64,000 nucleotides of DNA from a virus (taxonomy: Duplodnaviria; Caudoviricetes), in IMG/VR virus record IMGVR_UViG_3300032053_013883, positions 1,326 to 65,325 of that record, one strand, 5' to 3'. Below are positions 51,694-61,884 of this stretch, piece after piece. Below the pieces are notes generated by a model. That model was given only the letters and a program-made list of their open reading frames with translations, made no database searches and was not told the origin of the DNA. The number at the start of each line of letters is the position of its first letter. The stretch's first letter is position 1. Position numbers and translations under genes: made by a program.

Positions 51694-53007
51694 TTAATCC
51701 TGTAAAATAGATAATGTTTTATCTACTATTTTTTTTCTTATTCTATTAATTTGCATCATAGATCCCATTTGATAATGAGGAGGGATTCTTAAATGATCTA
51801 CTATAACTTTAGTTCCAGGGTTTACATTTACAAGTTTAATTTTTGAAAAAGAATATTCTTTAACATTATCTAATAATGATTTCTTTGTGTCAAAATCTAA
51901 AATAGATAATAATTTGCCTATATAAAAAGGCTCAACATATGAGCCCTTTCTGCTACCTATATAAATTTCTTTAGTGTTATTTTTAACTAAAAAATTTTCA
52001 TTTACTATAGCATTAAATGATGATAATCCATCAAAAATATTAAGATTATCTGATAATAATGAATCTACTATATAGATTTTATTTCCCTTTTTGTAAGTAA
52101 AAGGCATAGCCTTTTCTAATAAGAAAATATATTCTTGAAATATTTTTGACTGAAATCCACCACTCCTACTGGAATGTAATAGATAATCAAGAGTATCTTG
52201 TGGATATTTTTCCAATATTTTTAAATAAGCGTCATATATTAAAGACTTATGAACTAATGTATATCCTGATCCGTTATAATAAATGGCTCCAAGCTGAATA
52301 TTTATTACATCTTTTAAAATTTTAATCTCATAATCTATGAGATTTTTATTTTCTATTGTTTCATTTAAATCTTTATTATCTTGGATATCGAGATCCAATG
52401 ATACGTTTGAAACTTTAGACATTGCTGTTGGATGATGCATCTTATTTTTAAATAAAGAAACATTGCCAACAAATAAACAATCAGAATAAGGACACTTTAT
52501 AATAGAACCATTTTGTGGATGTGGTATAAATCTTTTACAATCAAAACATTTATATCCAGATTTGTTATGTAATCTAAAACATAAAAATAATTCTTGTAAT
52601 TTTGGATCTTGAACCAAATTAGAGCGCTCATGACATTCACCACAAGATAAAATCTGCCAACCAAATAATACTGTTGTTTTTCCTAAAAACATACACCCAG
52701 GACAAATATATTCAATTTGCTTTTTAAATTCTGGTTTAAAATTCTTTTTACAAAAAGAATTAACTATATAAAACAAATAATCATTAATTCCCTCTGGATC
52801 ATGATTATTATTTATGAATGAAACATATCCCGTTCTTAACTCACCCAATAATAATGAAACAAATGCTTTGAATTCAATTTCATTGAAATTTTTATTAAAT
52901 GATTTATAAATCGTTCTAATACCGGTATTATATTTTTCTATAAAGAAATATATAGATTTATCTATATCTAGAAGATTATCCATATTATGATGCTTTACGA
53001 TCTCCAA
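51694..53007 (-). CDS. Hypothetical protein with central Cys-rich zinc domain
   Basis: 437 aa; CPGC, CGEC, CFDC, CPY..C. Confidence 0.65.
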   Translation of the reverse strand: MEIVKHHNMDNLLDIDKSIYFFIEKYNTGIRTIYKSFNKNFNEIEFKAFVSLLLGELRTGYVSFINNNHDPEGINDYLFYIVNSFCKKNFKPEFKKQIEYICPGCMFLGKTTVLFGWQILSCGECHERSNLVQDPKLQELFLCFRLHNKSGYKCFDCKRFIPHPQNGSIIKCPYSDCLFVGNVSLFKNKMHHPTAMSKVSNVSLDLDIQDNKDLNETIENKNLIDYEIKILKDVINIQLGAIYYNGSGYTLVHKSLIYDAYLKILEKYPQDTLDYLLHSSRSGGFQSKIFQEYIFLLEKAMPFTYKKGNKIYIVDSLLSDNLNIFDGLSSFNAIVNENFLVKNNTKEIYIGSRKGSYVEPFYIGKLLSILDFDTKKSLLDNVKEYSFSKIKLVNVNPGTKVIVDHLRIPPHYQMGSMMQINRIRKKIVDKTLSILQD

Positions 53008-53980
53008 AGTATTTAATTACCTCATCTGCATCAATATATGCAACTTGAAATCTTTCAAGACTTCTTGAATCATCTTTCAATATTGCATCTCCTCTGCCCA
53101 TAAGATTTTCTGCTCCCGAAGAATCAAGAATTATTCTTGAATCAACAGAGCTAGACACTTTACAAGCAATTCTTGCTGGAAAATTAGCCTTTATATTTCC
53201 ATCAACAATGCTCGCAGATGGTCTTTGCGTTGAAAGAATCAAATGAATTTTGGATGCCCTACATTTTTGGGCAAGCCTACAAAGTTTTGTATAAAACTCA
53301 TCATTTTTATCTTGCATAATAAGATCTGCAAATTCATCAATAATAACTACATAATAAGGAAGTCTTGCTGGACTTAAACCATCTCTAATCATTTGATATC
53401 TAAGTTCCATAGTAGCTATTAGCTCATCCAGAAAATATACAGAGTCTGTATAATTATAGGAAATATTTTCTATAATATTAGAATATTTAGAAAATTCAAT
53501 ATTTTTTGGATCCATTAAATATATTTTAGCGTCATTATAATTAAATAGATTTGCAATTATATTGTGTAGTAGCGTGCTTTTACCTGAACCAGTAGTGCCG
53601 GCAACTATCATGTGCGGATTTCTATCTAAATTCATCCACACAGGATGACCGTATAAATCTTGTCCTAGTAAACAAAGCAATTCTCCTTTTGGAAGAGAAT
53701 TGTTAGTAAAACAATCGATTAGATTTAATTTTTCTTTTCTGGGCGAAACGAATTCAACCCTAACAAGTCCTTGTTCAGGCAACACTTTTATTAAAGGTTT
53801 AGCTCGTGCTTTTAAAGCAAGCCCAATTTCTTCACTAAATTTGTGTAATTCCCGAATTCTACCATCGGGATTCAACTCAACATCATAAAATGAATAATTT
53901 TCAATGTTTTCGTAATTGACACAATCAGCTTTAATATGAAACGATTTAAGAATCTGATTAAATTTTTCTACGTTTTCCAT
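52985..53980 (-). CDS. ftsK: FtsK/SpoIIIE motor domain only
   Basis: PHMIVAGTTGSGKS, DPK, IIDEFADL, TQRPS, DSRIILD..GAE.L.G.GD; no membrane or gamma domain. Confidence 0.9.
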   Translation of the reverse strand: MENVEKFNQILKSFHIKADCVNYENIENYSFYDVELNPDGRIRELHKFSEEIGLALKARAKPLIKVLPEQGLVRVEFVSPRKEKLNLIDCFTNNSLPKGELLCLLGQDLYGHPVWMNLDRNPHMIVAGTTGSGKSTLLHNIIANLFNYNDAKIYLMDPKNIEFSKYSNIIENISYNYTDSVYFLDELIATMELRYQMIRDGLSPARLPYYVVIIDEFADLIMQDKNDEFYTKLCRLAQKCRASKIHLILSTQRPSASIVDGNIKANFPARIACKVSSSVDSRIILDSSGAENLMGRGDAILKDDSRSLERFQVAYIDADEVIKYFGDRKAS

Positions 53981-54004
53981 TTAAACATACCACCTCCTAA
54001 CTAC

Positions 54005-54033
54005 AACATAATTCTTATAATTTAGGAGCGCAA
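54005..54033 (-). promoter_or_regulatory. Putative sigma-70-type promoter for ftsK
   Basis: TTGCGC-N17-TATGTT followed by an AGGAGGTG SD. Confidence 0.45.
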
Positions 54034-54051
54034 GGGGTGTATTTTTAGAAA

Positions 54052-54423
54052 TTATTTTTTAATAATTTCATCATCAGAATCTATTAAAATAATAGTGTCA
54101 TTAGGTTTGAATCCGAATTTTTTTGCTGTTCCATGTGGAAATTCAACAATAAGATCTGTTACATCATTAACACCAATTAGAGATGTAGAATATGGTTCAC
54201 CTTTACGAATATCTACTATTTTACCTTCTTTACAAAAAATAATATCTAATGGGCTTGGAGTATTATGCATCCAAAAATTATTTACTTTTGGCTTACTATA
54301 AACAAATGACATTACTGGTGGTGGCCATGGCTGGTACATCAGCCCAGCCTCTTGTTCTTTAGGAGATACTGCTAATAAAGTTGAAAAAACTTTTTCCGAG
54401 ATACAGATATAACCTTTTTTCAT
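54052..54423 (-). CDS. DUF192 family protein
   Basis: GLMY, FWMHNT..PLDIIF, VE...G. Confidence 0.88.
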   Translation of the reverse strand: MKKGYICISEKVFSTLLAVSPKEQEAGLMYQPWPPPVMSFVYSKPKVNNFWMHNTPSPLDIIFCKEGKIVDIRKGEPYSTSLIGVNDVTDLIVEFPHGTAKKFGFKPNDTIILIDSDDEIIKK

Positions 54424-55910
54424 TGTAAACTTTTAAATAATTGAAGTAAATCTGAAACTTTTTTACGTCTCATATATGAGGTTATGAGCTTCTTATCATT
54501 TTCATCTACATTTACTTTATGACCAAGAAATCTTCCATTTTCTAATAAGGCAATTACATCATTAGGATCTTCCATGCCTCTCATTAATAATACTAATGGT
54601 TGCATTAGCTTTTTAATTTCAAATAATTTATTTTCTATCAAAGCAATTCCAGCAGCCACCTCTGGCTTATTAATATCACTTTCTAATTTATCCATTAATT
54701 CATCAACTTCTTTACGACAAGCAACACTAGCATCATATATGTCTATTCTTGAGGCTACAGTTTGGTCTCCCCCTAATATTTGAAGTTTCTTTTTTAGAAG
54801 CCATTTTTTTATTGAATTTGCTGCAAATTTTTGCAATTCATCAGCATTTTTAAAGCCTTGTTTTGTTTTTGAAATTGCTTTTATAATATCTTCAAGATTA
54901 TCTTCTGGGAAACGTCCAGCTAATTGTACAGCTTGTACGAAATTATTATATTCTCTTTGAATATCAGATATTGAGGCTTCATTTTTACGCTGTTTAGCTC
55001 GAACATTTTTAAGCTTATTAAGGCTATCAAATAATTTTGGATGTTGCGACCCCATAAGTTGGATAATGGCAGTTGCCATTGCCATATGATCTGATAAAGT
55101 ATTGGGTGTAATTTTATTTTTATCTGAATTATTTACTGGCGGTATACGCACAGATGTTTGCGCTTCTGGCACCACTGGTGCAGATTGGTTAGGCTGACTT
55201 ACTGTTTCGTCTTTATCTTCAGTTATTGTCGTTGGCGCAGCGGCTACTGGTGGCTTATCGCCTTGTGTTAGTTCTGGCTTATCTCCAAAAAACATATCAT
55301 AATTTGCATATAATTCTTTTAATGAACGAAATGAAGTAATAGCACTATTTAATAGTGCATGAGCTTTAAATATGCCAGATTTTGTTTCATCTTCATGACC
55401 AGAAGATTCTAAAATCTGAGACTCAAGGTCTTTAAGATTTTTTTCAATCTTAACAAGTGCAGAAAGCAAACTTCTTCTATGTGAGCGTTTGCGCCCAGCT
55501 TCACCAAAATATGGACCTTTAAGGGCGCTCCAAAATCTTGTTAAGCGATTTGATGCTTCGATAGATAGAAATTCATCATCAAAATTTAACTCGCCCTTTT
55601 TATTAATTTTATCTTGCTTAATCTGTTTAAATTGTCTAGAATATTCTACTTGTCTATTAGATAATTCTAAGCTTTCATTAGCAAGCTGCTGAAATCTACC
55701 AGTTAGAACTGATAATATTTTGGCTGGATCAGAAGGAATTGGCTCCGTAATTTTTCCTTTTTGGGCAAAAAATTTAGATGGCGTGCCAACCATAAGTCTT
55801 TTAAAATTAGCAAGATCAGAAACAAACTCACCAAATTGTTTGTTCCACATCTTTTTATCCAATCTTAATTGTTTTTGAATTGGATCTTTAACTTCAGCAA
55901 ATCTATCCAT
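54420..55910 (-). CDS. Large helical hypothetical protein, putative virion protein
   Basis: 496 aa; starts MDRFA, similar to MDKFA of 1913-3280. Confidence 0.6.
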   Translation of the reverse strand: MDRFAEVKDPIQKQLRLDKKMWNKQFGEFVSDLANFKRLMVGTPSKFFAQKGKITEPIPSDPAKILSVLTGRFQQLANESLELSNRQVEYSRQFKQIKQDKINKKGELNFDDEFLSIEASNRLTRFWSALKGPYFGEAGRKRSHRRSLLSALVKIEKNLKDLESQILESSGHEDETKSGIFKAHALLNSAITSFRSLKELYANYDMFFGDKPELTQGDKPPVAAAPTTITEDKDETVSQPNQSAPVVPEAQTSVRIPPVNNSDKNKITPNTLSDHMAMATAIIQLMGSQHPKLFDSLNKLKNVRAKQRKNEASISDIQREYNNFVQAVQLAGRFPEDNLEDIIKAISKTKQGFKNADELQKFAANSIKKWLLKKKLQILGGDQTVASRIDIYDASVACRKEVDELMDKLESDINKPEVAAGIALIENKLFEIKKLMQPLVLLMRGMEDPNDVIALLENGRFLGHKVNVDENDKKLITSYMRRKKVSDLLQLFKSLQ

Positions 55911-55940
55911 ACCTTAAATAATGGAATATTGATATCTAAT

Positions 55941-56555
55941 TTATGGTAATATTTTATCAATAATGCCATATTTTAAAGCTTCAATAGCATCAAAATAATG
56001 ATCTCTTTTACAAATATTTTTAATTTCTATTAATGAATGACCAGTATGCTTTGCCATTATTTTCATTAAAACATCATTTCTGTCATTTAAAAAATCAAAA
56101 AAATTCTTAGAACCAGCATGATCAGAATCTCCCATTAATGGGAATGCACATTGAATTCCATGAATCATTATAGATGAATGTTTAAATGCACAACGTTTAC
56201 CCTTAGTTCCACAAGCAACCATAATTGCGGCAGCAGAATATGCTTGCCCTAAACAAATGGTTTGAATTGGCGCCCTAATCATTTGCATAACATCATAAAT
56301 ATTAAGAAATGCTGAAACATCGCCTCCATTTGAATTTATATGCAAATAAATATCATCTTCATGATTCAAATTATCATAATATAAAAGTAATGCTGATAAT
56401 GCGGAAGCCGTATCAGAAGTAATATCTTCATTTACAAAAATTAATCTATTTTTAGTTAGTTTTGTATATGGTCCTTCCGGCAAATTTTCGCCATATCTTC
56501 CTGGCATAGAAATTGAAACATTATTTTCATTATCTGAACTTTTAGTTTTTGCCAT
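55941..56555 (-). CDS. clpP: ClpP protease, catalytic triad intact
   Basis: INSNGG, GQAYS(Ser)AA, IMIH(His), RD(Asp)HYF, YGIID. Confidence 0.92.
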   Translation of the reverse strand: MAKTKSSDNENNVSISMPGRYGENLPEGPYTKLTKNRLIFVNEDITSDTASALSALLLYYDNLNHEDDIYLHINSNGGDVSAFLNIYDVMQMIRAPIQTICLGQAYSAAAIMVACGTKGKRCAFKHSSIMIHGIQCAFPLMGDSDHAGSKNFFDFLNDRNDVLMKIMAKHTGHSLIEIKNICKRDHYFDAIEALKYGIIDKILP

Positions 56556-56557
56556 AA

Positions 56558-57148
56558 TTACCTTTTATTATGAGAGATTATTTTATCTATGAATCCATAT
56601 TTTAATGCTTGCTGTGCTGTCATAAATTGTTTCTTTTCAAAATCCTTCATAACTTTAGATAAAGTATGTCCAGTATGCTTTGCTAATATTTCCATTTTTC
56701 TTTTATTATCTTTTTTAATTTGATCTAAAACTGATTTGGCATCAGTTAAATCAGAGTAAGACATTTTATCGTGAATAAGTTGACTTACACAAAATATAGA
56801 ATTTTTCGTAGCAAATCTCATTCCCGGAGTTCCGGCACAAAGTATAATTATTGATTCAAATGCGGCTTGTCCTATACAAATAGTTTCAATTGGTGCCTGA
56901 ATCATTTGCATCATATCATATAGCATAAAGACGCTTCTAATATCGCCGCCGCCAGAATTTATAATTAATGTAATTTTCTCTTCTGAATTTTCGAAATCTT
57001 TTAATATTAAAGACGCAACTAAATCTGTTGCAACTTTTTCATCTATAGGTTCATAGATGAAAAGCATTCTATTGCTTGCTAATTTTAGATAAATATCAAT
57101 AATATATTCTTCGCCATTTTCTGATGTTTCAGTTACTAGTGTATTCAC
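56558..57148 (-). CDS. ClpP paralog lacking catalytic residues (ClpR-like)
   Basis: INSGGG and YGFID retained; GQAAF replaces GxAxS, CVSQ replaces MIHQ, KKQFM replaces RDxFM. Confidence 0.85.
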   Translation of the reverse strand: MNTLVTETSENGEEYIIDIYLKLASNRMLFIYEPIDEKVATDLVASLILKDFENSEEKITLIINSGGGDIRSVFMLYDMMQMIQAPIETICIGQAAFESIIILCAGTPGMRFATKNSIFCVSQLIHDKMSYSDLTDAKSVLDQIKKDNKRKMEILAKHTGHTLSKVMKDFEKKQFMTAQQALKYGFIDKIISHNKR

Positions 57149-57152
57149 TTAT

Positions 57153-57506
57153 TTATGCCTTCTTTCGTTGACGACTTTCAGTTTCTCTTTCTTCAGCACA
57201 CGATATACATAATAACACTGACGGATTAAATTTTAATCTTTTTTCTGGGATTTCTCCAAGACAATCTTCACATTGTCCATAAGTAGATTCATCAATTTTT
57301 TGGAGAGCAACATTAATATTATATATTTTAGCGTTTGCCCTAGTACATAATTGACTATTTAATTCAATTAAAACATTACCTTGAATTTCATCAGTTTCAT
57401 CACCATCTATATCTATATCTGTTTGAGTGGTAGTTTGGCTTATAAGCTGTTGTTTTTCTTGTAACAATTTATCTTTCATATTTAAAACAAAATTCTTTGA
57501 ATACAT
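57153..57506 (-). CDS. dksA: DksA/TraR C4 zinc-finger protein
   Basis: GDETDE coiled-coil tip, ALQKI..TYGQCEDC..EI..KRL..P...LCISC. Confidence 0.92.
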   Translation of the reverse strand: MYSKNFVLNMKDKLLQEKQQLISQTTTQTDIDIDGDETDEIQGNVLIELNSQLCTRANAKIYNINVALQKIDESTYGQCEDCLGEIPEKRLKFNPSVLLCISCAEERETESRQRKKA

Positions 57507-57883
57507 TATACGAACCTCAATTCGGAAATTGGAACCACAATAGTTCCTTTAGGGATAGATGCTTTACTATTATCAAGTTTTTTAATAAAAATTAAATATG
57601 CACAATCTTTTGGTTCTTGTAGTAAAAATGCATTAACAAGCCAATCATTATATTGCGCTGTTTTTGTTTGTTTTGAAAATTTCAAAGCTGTAGTAATTTC
57701 AAGTACCTGCGTACGTTTTTTATAAAAGGGACCAAATATAGTTTCTGGTTTTAATTTATATTTATCTAAAAATAAAGATTGAGCATCTTTTACTGTTGTT
57801 GATTCAATCATTTCAGAAATAAGCTTATTATCAATTATAGAACTACATACGAAAAAAATTGGTCTAGAGCCGCGCCTACTCAT
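57506..57883 (-). CDS. Hypothetical protein
   Basis: 125 aa; SD AAGGA. Confidence 0.6.
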   Translation of the reverse strand: MSRRGSRPIFFVCSSIIDNKLISEMIESTTVKDAQSLFLDKYKLKPETIFGPFYKKRTQVLEITTALKFSKQTKTAQYNDWLVNAFLLQEPKDCAYLIFIKKLDNSKASIPKGTIVVPISELRFV

Positions 57884-57906
57884 TTTTGGTGTCCTTTATT
57901 TTATTG

Positions 57907-58209
57907 TCAAGGGCTATATTTTTTTAAAATTTTATCGTGTAATTTATCAGATATAAAAAATCTTAATACATAATTTCCTGGCATAGTAACTATTTCTTTA
58001 GTTGCAACATTCCAAAATCGTCTTTCCTTCATTTTTTTAAAAGTAAATGTACCAAAATTTATTATTTTAATATCTTTTTCCTTCAATAAATCAGCAATTA
58101 ATTCATCAATTAATAAATTGATAATACTATAAACATGCGTGCTATGAATTCGACCGCGCAATTTAGCATTAACTTTATGCCATAAAACCCTTTTAGATAT
58201 TAAACTCAT
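57907..58209 (-). CDS. HU/IHF-family DNA-binding protein
   Basis: I.I.NFGTF...K.R...N..T.E...P...RF. Confidence 0.85.
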   Translation of the reverse strand: MSLISKRVLWHKVNAKLRGRIHSTHVYSIINLLIDELIADLLKEKDIKIINFGTFTFKKMKERRFWNVATKEIVTMPGNYVLRFFISDKLHDKILKKYSP

Positions 58210-58214
58210 ATATT

Positions 58215-58532
58215 TTAAACCGTTTTAATATCTAAACTAATTGGTTCTAAATTGGAAGACTTAAATAAACGTTTATTTTTAATATTACTAATATATTTAG
58301 ATTGTATTTCAATCTTACTAGTAAATTTATCATAATTATTGATCCAATAAAAACATTTTTGACATGTTATGCTGCATGTATTTTGTGCAGCAACAATATT
58401 TTTGTATTTTATAAAAATACCACAAACACAAAGCGCAGAATTAATTTTCATTTTACTTACATATTTATAATCTAAAACATGTAAAATATTTTTATCATCA
58501 TAAATACATATATTACTTTTTATTTTAATCAT
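58215..58532 (-). CDS. Hypothetical protein, possible zinc finger
   Basis: H...LCVCG...ITCQKC. Confidence 0.55.
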   Translation of the reverse strand: MIKIKSNICIYDDKNILHVLDYKYVSKMKINSALCVCGIFIKYKNIVAAQNTCSITCQKCFYWINNYDKFTSKIEIQSKYISNIKNKRLFKSSNLEPISLDIKTV

Positions 58533-58989
58533 TAAATTTTCTATTTAAATAGGAAAAATAATCATCATACAATGTATCTACAACAAGATAATTGTCTGAT
58601 TTTTTAAGAATATTATTTTCCAATAATTGTTTTACAGAGAAAAATATATCTTGCATAGGATATGCTTCAGTATTAAGTTTTTTTAAATCAATAGGTAATT
58701 TTTTTGAACAAATAAATCTGCAAATATCAGGATATTTAAATTGGGAAAATTTTAAAATATATTTATCTTTTTCATTATTTTTATTGTCTTTTGAAGAAAA
58801 ATAAATTAAAACATCTGATAATTTTGATCTATATTTTTTTAGTTCTTCAACTTTTTTAATTTGTTCATCTATTTCTAATACTCTTGATTTTGCTTCATTA
58901 ACTATTTCTTCTGGCGTTTGCTTATTTATTTCTACACACTCTGTAATAAATTGAGTTAGAAACTCAGTATCAATCTTTCTTCCTCTCAT
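58525..58989 (-). CDS. Hypothetical protein (coiled coil plus possible winged helix)
   Basis: 154 aa ORF. Confidence 0.6.
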   Translation of the reverse strand: MRGRKIDTEFLTQFITECVEINKQTPEEIVNEAKSRVLEIDEQIKKVEELKKYRSKLSDVLIYFSSKDNKNNEKDKYILKFSQFKYPDICRFICSKKLPIDLKKLNTEAYPMQDIFFSVKQLLENNILKKSDNYLVVDTLYDDYFSYLNRKFND

Positions 58990-58991
58990 TT

Positions 58992-59528
58992 TTATTCTTC
59001 TTGCAAGGAGTAATAATCATTATAAAAATCCATAAAACTAATCATTAGATCATACAATGGTTTATATTCTTTATTTTTTATAGGTAATAAATTAAGATCT
59101 CTAATTTGTTCTATTCCAGACAAAAATGTTGCTTGCAAATATGTTGAGCATTCTACCCAATTTTTATCTGAAACATTAAATGCAATCATGGGCTCAGAAT
59201 CTTCATATGAATAATTATTTGGATTATTTGTCTCCCAATTAAGATAACAACCATATATTGGATTATCATTAAGTTGTAAAAACAAAAAATATTCTGATAG
59301 ATCTTTATCTGCCGAAATATCTCCAACTAATATTTTTAATTTAGAATCTTCAATTTTAAATTGACATGACCACATATTTTTATGGGTCAATTTTCCATTC
59401 TGATCAAGCTGTAAAACATTGGGTATTAAATATTGATCATCTAAAATAGATTTAGAAACAAACCCTTTTATTATCCCAAAATTTTTATATATGTGTTTTA
59501 AAATTGTCTCTGTTAAAACTTTATTCAC
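58992..59528 (-). CDS. Hypothetical protein
   Basis: 178 aa; GTG start overlapping the upstream stop. Confidence 0.6.
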   Translation of the reverse strand: MNKVLTETILKHIYKNFGIIKGFVSKSILDDQYLIPNVLQLDQNGKLTHKNMWSCQFKIEDSKLKILVGDISADKDLSEYFLFLQLNDNPIYGCYLNWETNNPNNYSYEDSEPMIAFNVSDKNWVECSTYLQATFLSGIEQIRDLNLLPIKNKEYKPLYDLMISFMDFYNDYYSLQEE

Positions 59529-59872
59529 TTACCACCTGCTATGTTTCCATATTTTGCTAATACATCCATAAATGATGGTAATGAGAAATCTAATGTTGGC
59601 AATGACTTAAATTGCTGCTCAATATATTCCTCAAATATAAAATCATCGCCCTTTTCTCTTCGTGACGCTAATTCATGCATACATAACACTTGCATACTTG
59701 CATCTAATTTAAAATATCTACTTGAAACAATAATAGCACAAAGTTTTTTTGAAGTAAATGTTGGAATCATTTGTTTAAGTGATTCGCTAGAAAATCCTTC
59801 AGGATCAAATTCATCACCATCTTCTTCAGAATCGTTTTCTTTTAAAAGTTTTTCTATATCATCTCCGAACAT
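59525..59872 (-). CDS. Hypothetical acidic protein
   Basis: 115 aa; SD GAGG. Confidence 0.6.
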   Translation of the reverse strand: MFGDDIEKLLKENDSEEDGDEFDPEGFSSESLKQMIPTFTSKKLCAIIVSSRYFKLDASMQVLCMHELASRREKGDDFIFEEYIEQQFKSLPTLDFSLPSFMDVLAKYGNIAGGK

Positions 59873-60194
59873 ATTTCCTCAATTTTGGTGAAGTGTTTAT
59901 TTTTATCTTAAGTGCAGGTATTATATGTCCTTGACGACAATGTGTAAAATAATAAAATTTCATCGATTTAAAAAAATTATTTACACTTATTTCATGATTT
60001 TTAATTAATAATTCTCTCATTGTTTCAAATATTGTTTTAACCACAATTGCAACATCAGATTTATCTAATAATGGATATTTTTCATGAATTCTATTAACAA
60101 TAACTTCTAATTTCTTTATGTTAATAGGAAGATCTTTATTAATATCTTCAATTAATTCTTTTTCAGGTATAACAAATTTAGGATGTGGGCTCAT
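59859..60194 (-). CDS. Second, divergent HU/IHF-like protein
   Basis: IHEKYPLLDKSDVAIVVKTIFETMRELL....ISVNNF resembles the IHF-beta helical core; beta arm shortened. Confidence 0.6.
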   Translation of the reverse strand: MSPHPKFVIPEKELIEDINKDLPINIKKLEVIVNRIHEKYPLLDKSDVAIVVKTIFETMRELLIKNHEISVNNFFKSMKFYYFTHCRQGHIIPALKIKINTSPKLRKYVRR

Positions 60195-60306
60195 GTTTTC
60201 CTACTACATATATAACTACTACCCCCTATTTCATAGATCCCCCATTAGTTTGTAGAGAAAAACTTCAAATATTGAAAAAAATATATACTTGATATATTAT
60301 TTTGTA

Positions 60307-60900
60307 ATGGCTTGCTTACAATTAAATATCAATTCTGGAAATATTTTAGTTTTAGGAGCAATTAATAATAATATTGATAAGTTATATGACCTAAATACTA
60401 GCCAATATAATTTAATTATAGTAAATGGAAATGCATTTAATCCCGAATTATCTCAAATTGAAATTCAAAAAAGAATAAATATAATTAAAAGCATTCCAAA
60501 ATTAGTTTATATTATCGGCAAATCTGATATCTTAACTATTCAATCTATGAATGAAAATAGTTTTATTAGTGAATTAAATTGGATATTATCTCAACCAACA
60601 GCCTTGCACCAAATATTTAAAAATGGATTTAGATTAACAGTAATGTCTGGAGGCGTACACCCAGATCATAAAACAATAAAAGATTTAAATGACTTAAATG
60701 TTTCTATCATTGATAAAATCAACCATAAAAAATGGTGTAATTATTACAATGGTAGATTTGGAAGAATCATATGTAATTCAAATTCAGAAGATGACGTGAA
60801 AATTCACGATTTTTGTTGCCATTTAGCAACAACTAATCAAAATAGTATTTATGCACAAGAAATAAGTGAAAAAGGATTAGGTAACGTCTTATTGTTATAA
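60307..60900 (+). CDS. Degenerate calcineurin-like phosphoesterase-fold protein
   Basis: ILVLGAIN, IIVNGN, YIIGKSD, VMSGG align with GDIH/GD/GNHD/HGG but the metal ligands are lost; ATG 60307 preferred. Confidence 0.5.
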   Translation: MACLQLNINSGNILVLGAINNNIDKLYDLNTSQYNLIIVNGNAFNPELSQIEIQKRINIIKSIPKLVYIIGKSDILTIQSMNENSFISELNWILSQPTALHQIFKNGFRLTVMSGGVHPDHKTIKDLNDLNVSIIDKINHKKWCNYYNGRFGRIICNSNSEDDVKIHDFCCHLATTNQNSIYAQEISEKGLGNVLLL

Positions 60901-60944
60901 TGGCATAAAGAGATATTTATTTGTAATTTTAAAATAGGTAAATC

Positions 60945-61394
60945 ATGGAAAAATGTGAGAAAGTAGCCGCGCTATATGTTGCAACCCTAAAAGCAGTTAG
61001 CTTAATACATCAACACGGACATTGGACAACAAATGGTGATAATTTTTATGGAAGCCATTTATTATTTGAAAGATTATATAAAGCATCATTAGAAAGTTTA
61101 GATGGCGCCGCAGAAAAATTTATAGGAATATTAGGTCCAGCCTGCCTTGATTATAAATTACAAACAGAGTTACTCAACAAAATTTTAAATAAGTACAGCC
61201 GCCTTGAAGATTCAAGCGCCGAAATGTCCTTAGCTGCTGAAAAAGATTTTATAAAATTAGGCAGCGATGCTTATGAATGCTTTGAGGCAGAGGGACACAT
61301 GACATTAGGATTAGATGATTTCTTAATGGCTACTTCTAGTAAAAGTGAAGAAGCTGTATATCTATTACAGCAAACATTAGAAGAAAATTCTTAA
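60945..61394 (+). CDS. Dps/ferritin-like protein
   Basis: HW...G.NFY..H.LFE.LY......D..AE. Confidence 0.85.
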   Translation: MEKCEKVAALYVATLKAVSLIHQHGHWTTNGDNFYGSHLLFERLYKASLESLDGAAEKFIGILGPACLDYKLQTELLNKILNKYSRLEDSSAEMSLAAEKDFIKLGSDAYECFEAEGHMTLGLDDFLMATSSKSEEAVYLLQQTLEENS

Positions 61395-61684
61395 GTTACA
61401 TTCAAGGCTTTAAATTGACGCAAAACGAGCGCAACATTTAAAGCCTCATAAGTATTAATGTTTTCTTTTAAAGATAAAGCAGTTAAAGTAAATAAAATTT
61501 CACCAAATGTATGAGATTTTATTTTTCGTTTATCATCATCCAATAATTCTTGTTTTTCATCTATAGTTTTGTAGAAATTTAATTTTAAAACTAATTCATC
61601 TAATAAATTTGATACAGATAAAGACTCCCCGTCTTTATGATAATTTTCAGAATTAGTCCAAAGTTCTTCAAAATGTAAAGGCAT
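61391..61684 (-). CDS. Hypothetical protein, degenerate MazG-like fold
   Basis: FGEILFTLTALS...NIN..EAL resembles the MazG C-terminal helices. Confidence 0.45.
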   Translation of the reverse strand: MPLHFEELWTNSENYHKDGESLSVSNLLDELVLKLNFYKTIDEKQELLDDDKRKIKSHTFGEILFTLTALSLKENINTYEALNVALVLRQFKALNVT

Positions 61685-61884
61685 TAATCGTCCTTTAAAT
61701 CATCTTTACTATTTAAAGGAGCCACCTGAATTTGCTCTTCCCCGGTGTCGCTTACAAAAACTAAAAACACAACGCCTTCTTTACAATCAATCACTCCTGG
61801 GAATTTCAATTTACCAACATAAAAAGTTCTTCCATCAACATCTGGTCTAGCTTTCAAATCTACAGTTAGATTCTTATTTGACAT
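61684..61884 (-). CDS. Hypothetical protein
   Basis: 66 aa; SD GGAG. Confidence 0.65.
   Translation of the reverse strand: MSNKNLTVDLKARPDVDGRTFYVGKLKFPGVIDCKEGVVFLVFVSDTGEEQIQVAPLNSKDDLKDD

Noticed and set aside
53968-53988. Mini-ORF MFKWKT-TAG overlapping the ftsK start
   Set aside because: Out of frame with ftsK, and read-through gives nothing recognisable; likely chance.
2610-59891. Plus-strand and alternate-frame ORFs nested in larger genes (e.g. 2610-2924, 23326-23712, 29600-29959, 43604-44050, 59541-59891)
   Set aside because: Shadow ORFs of well-supported genes, with no motifs or SD.
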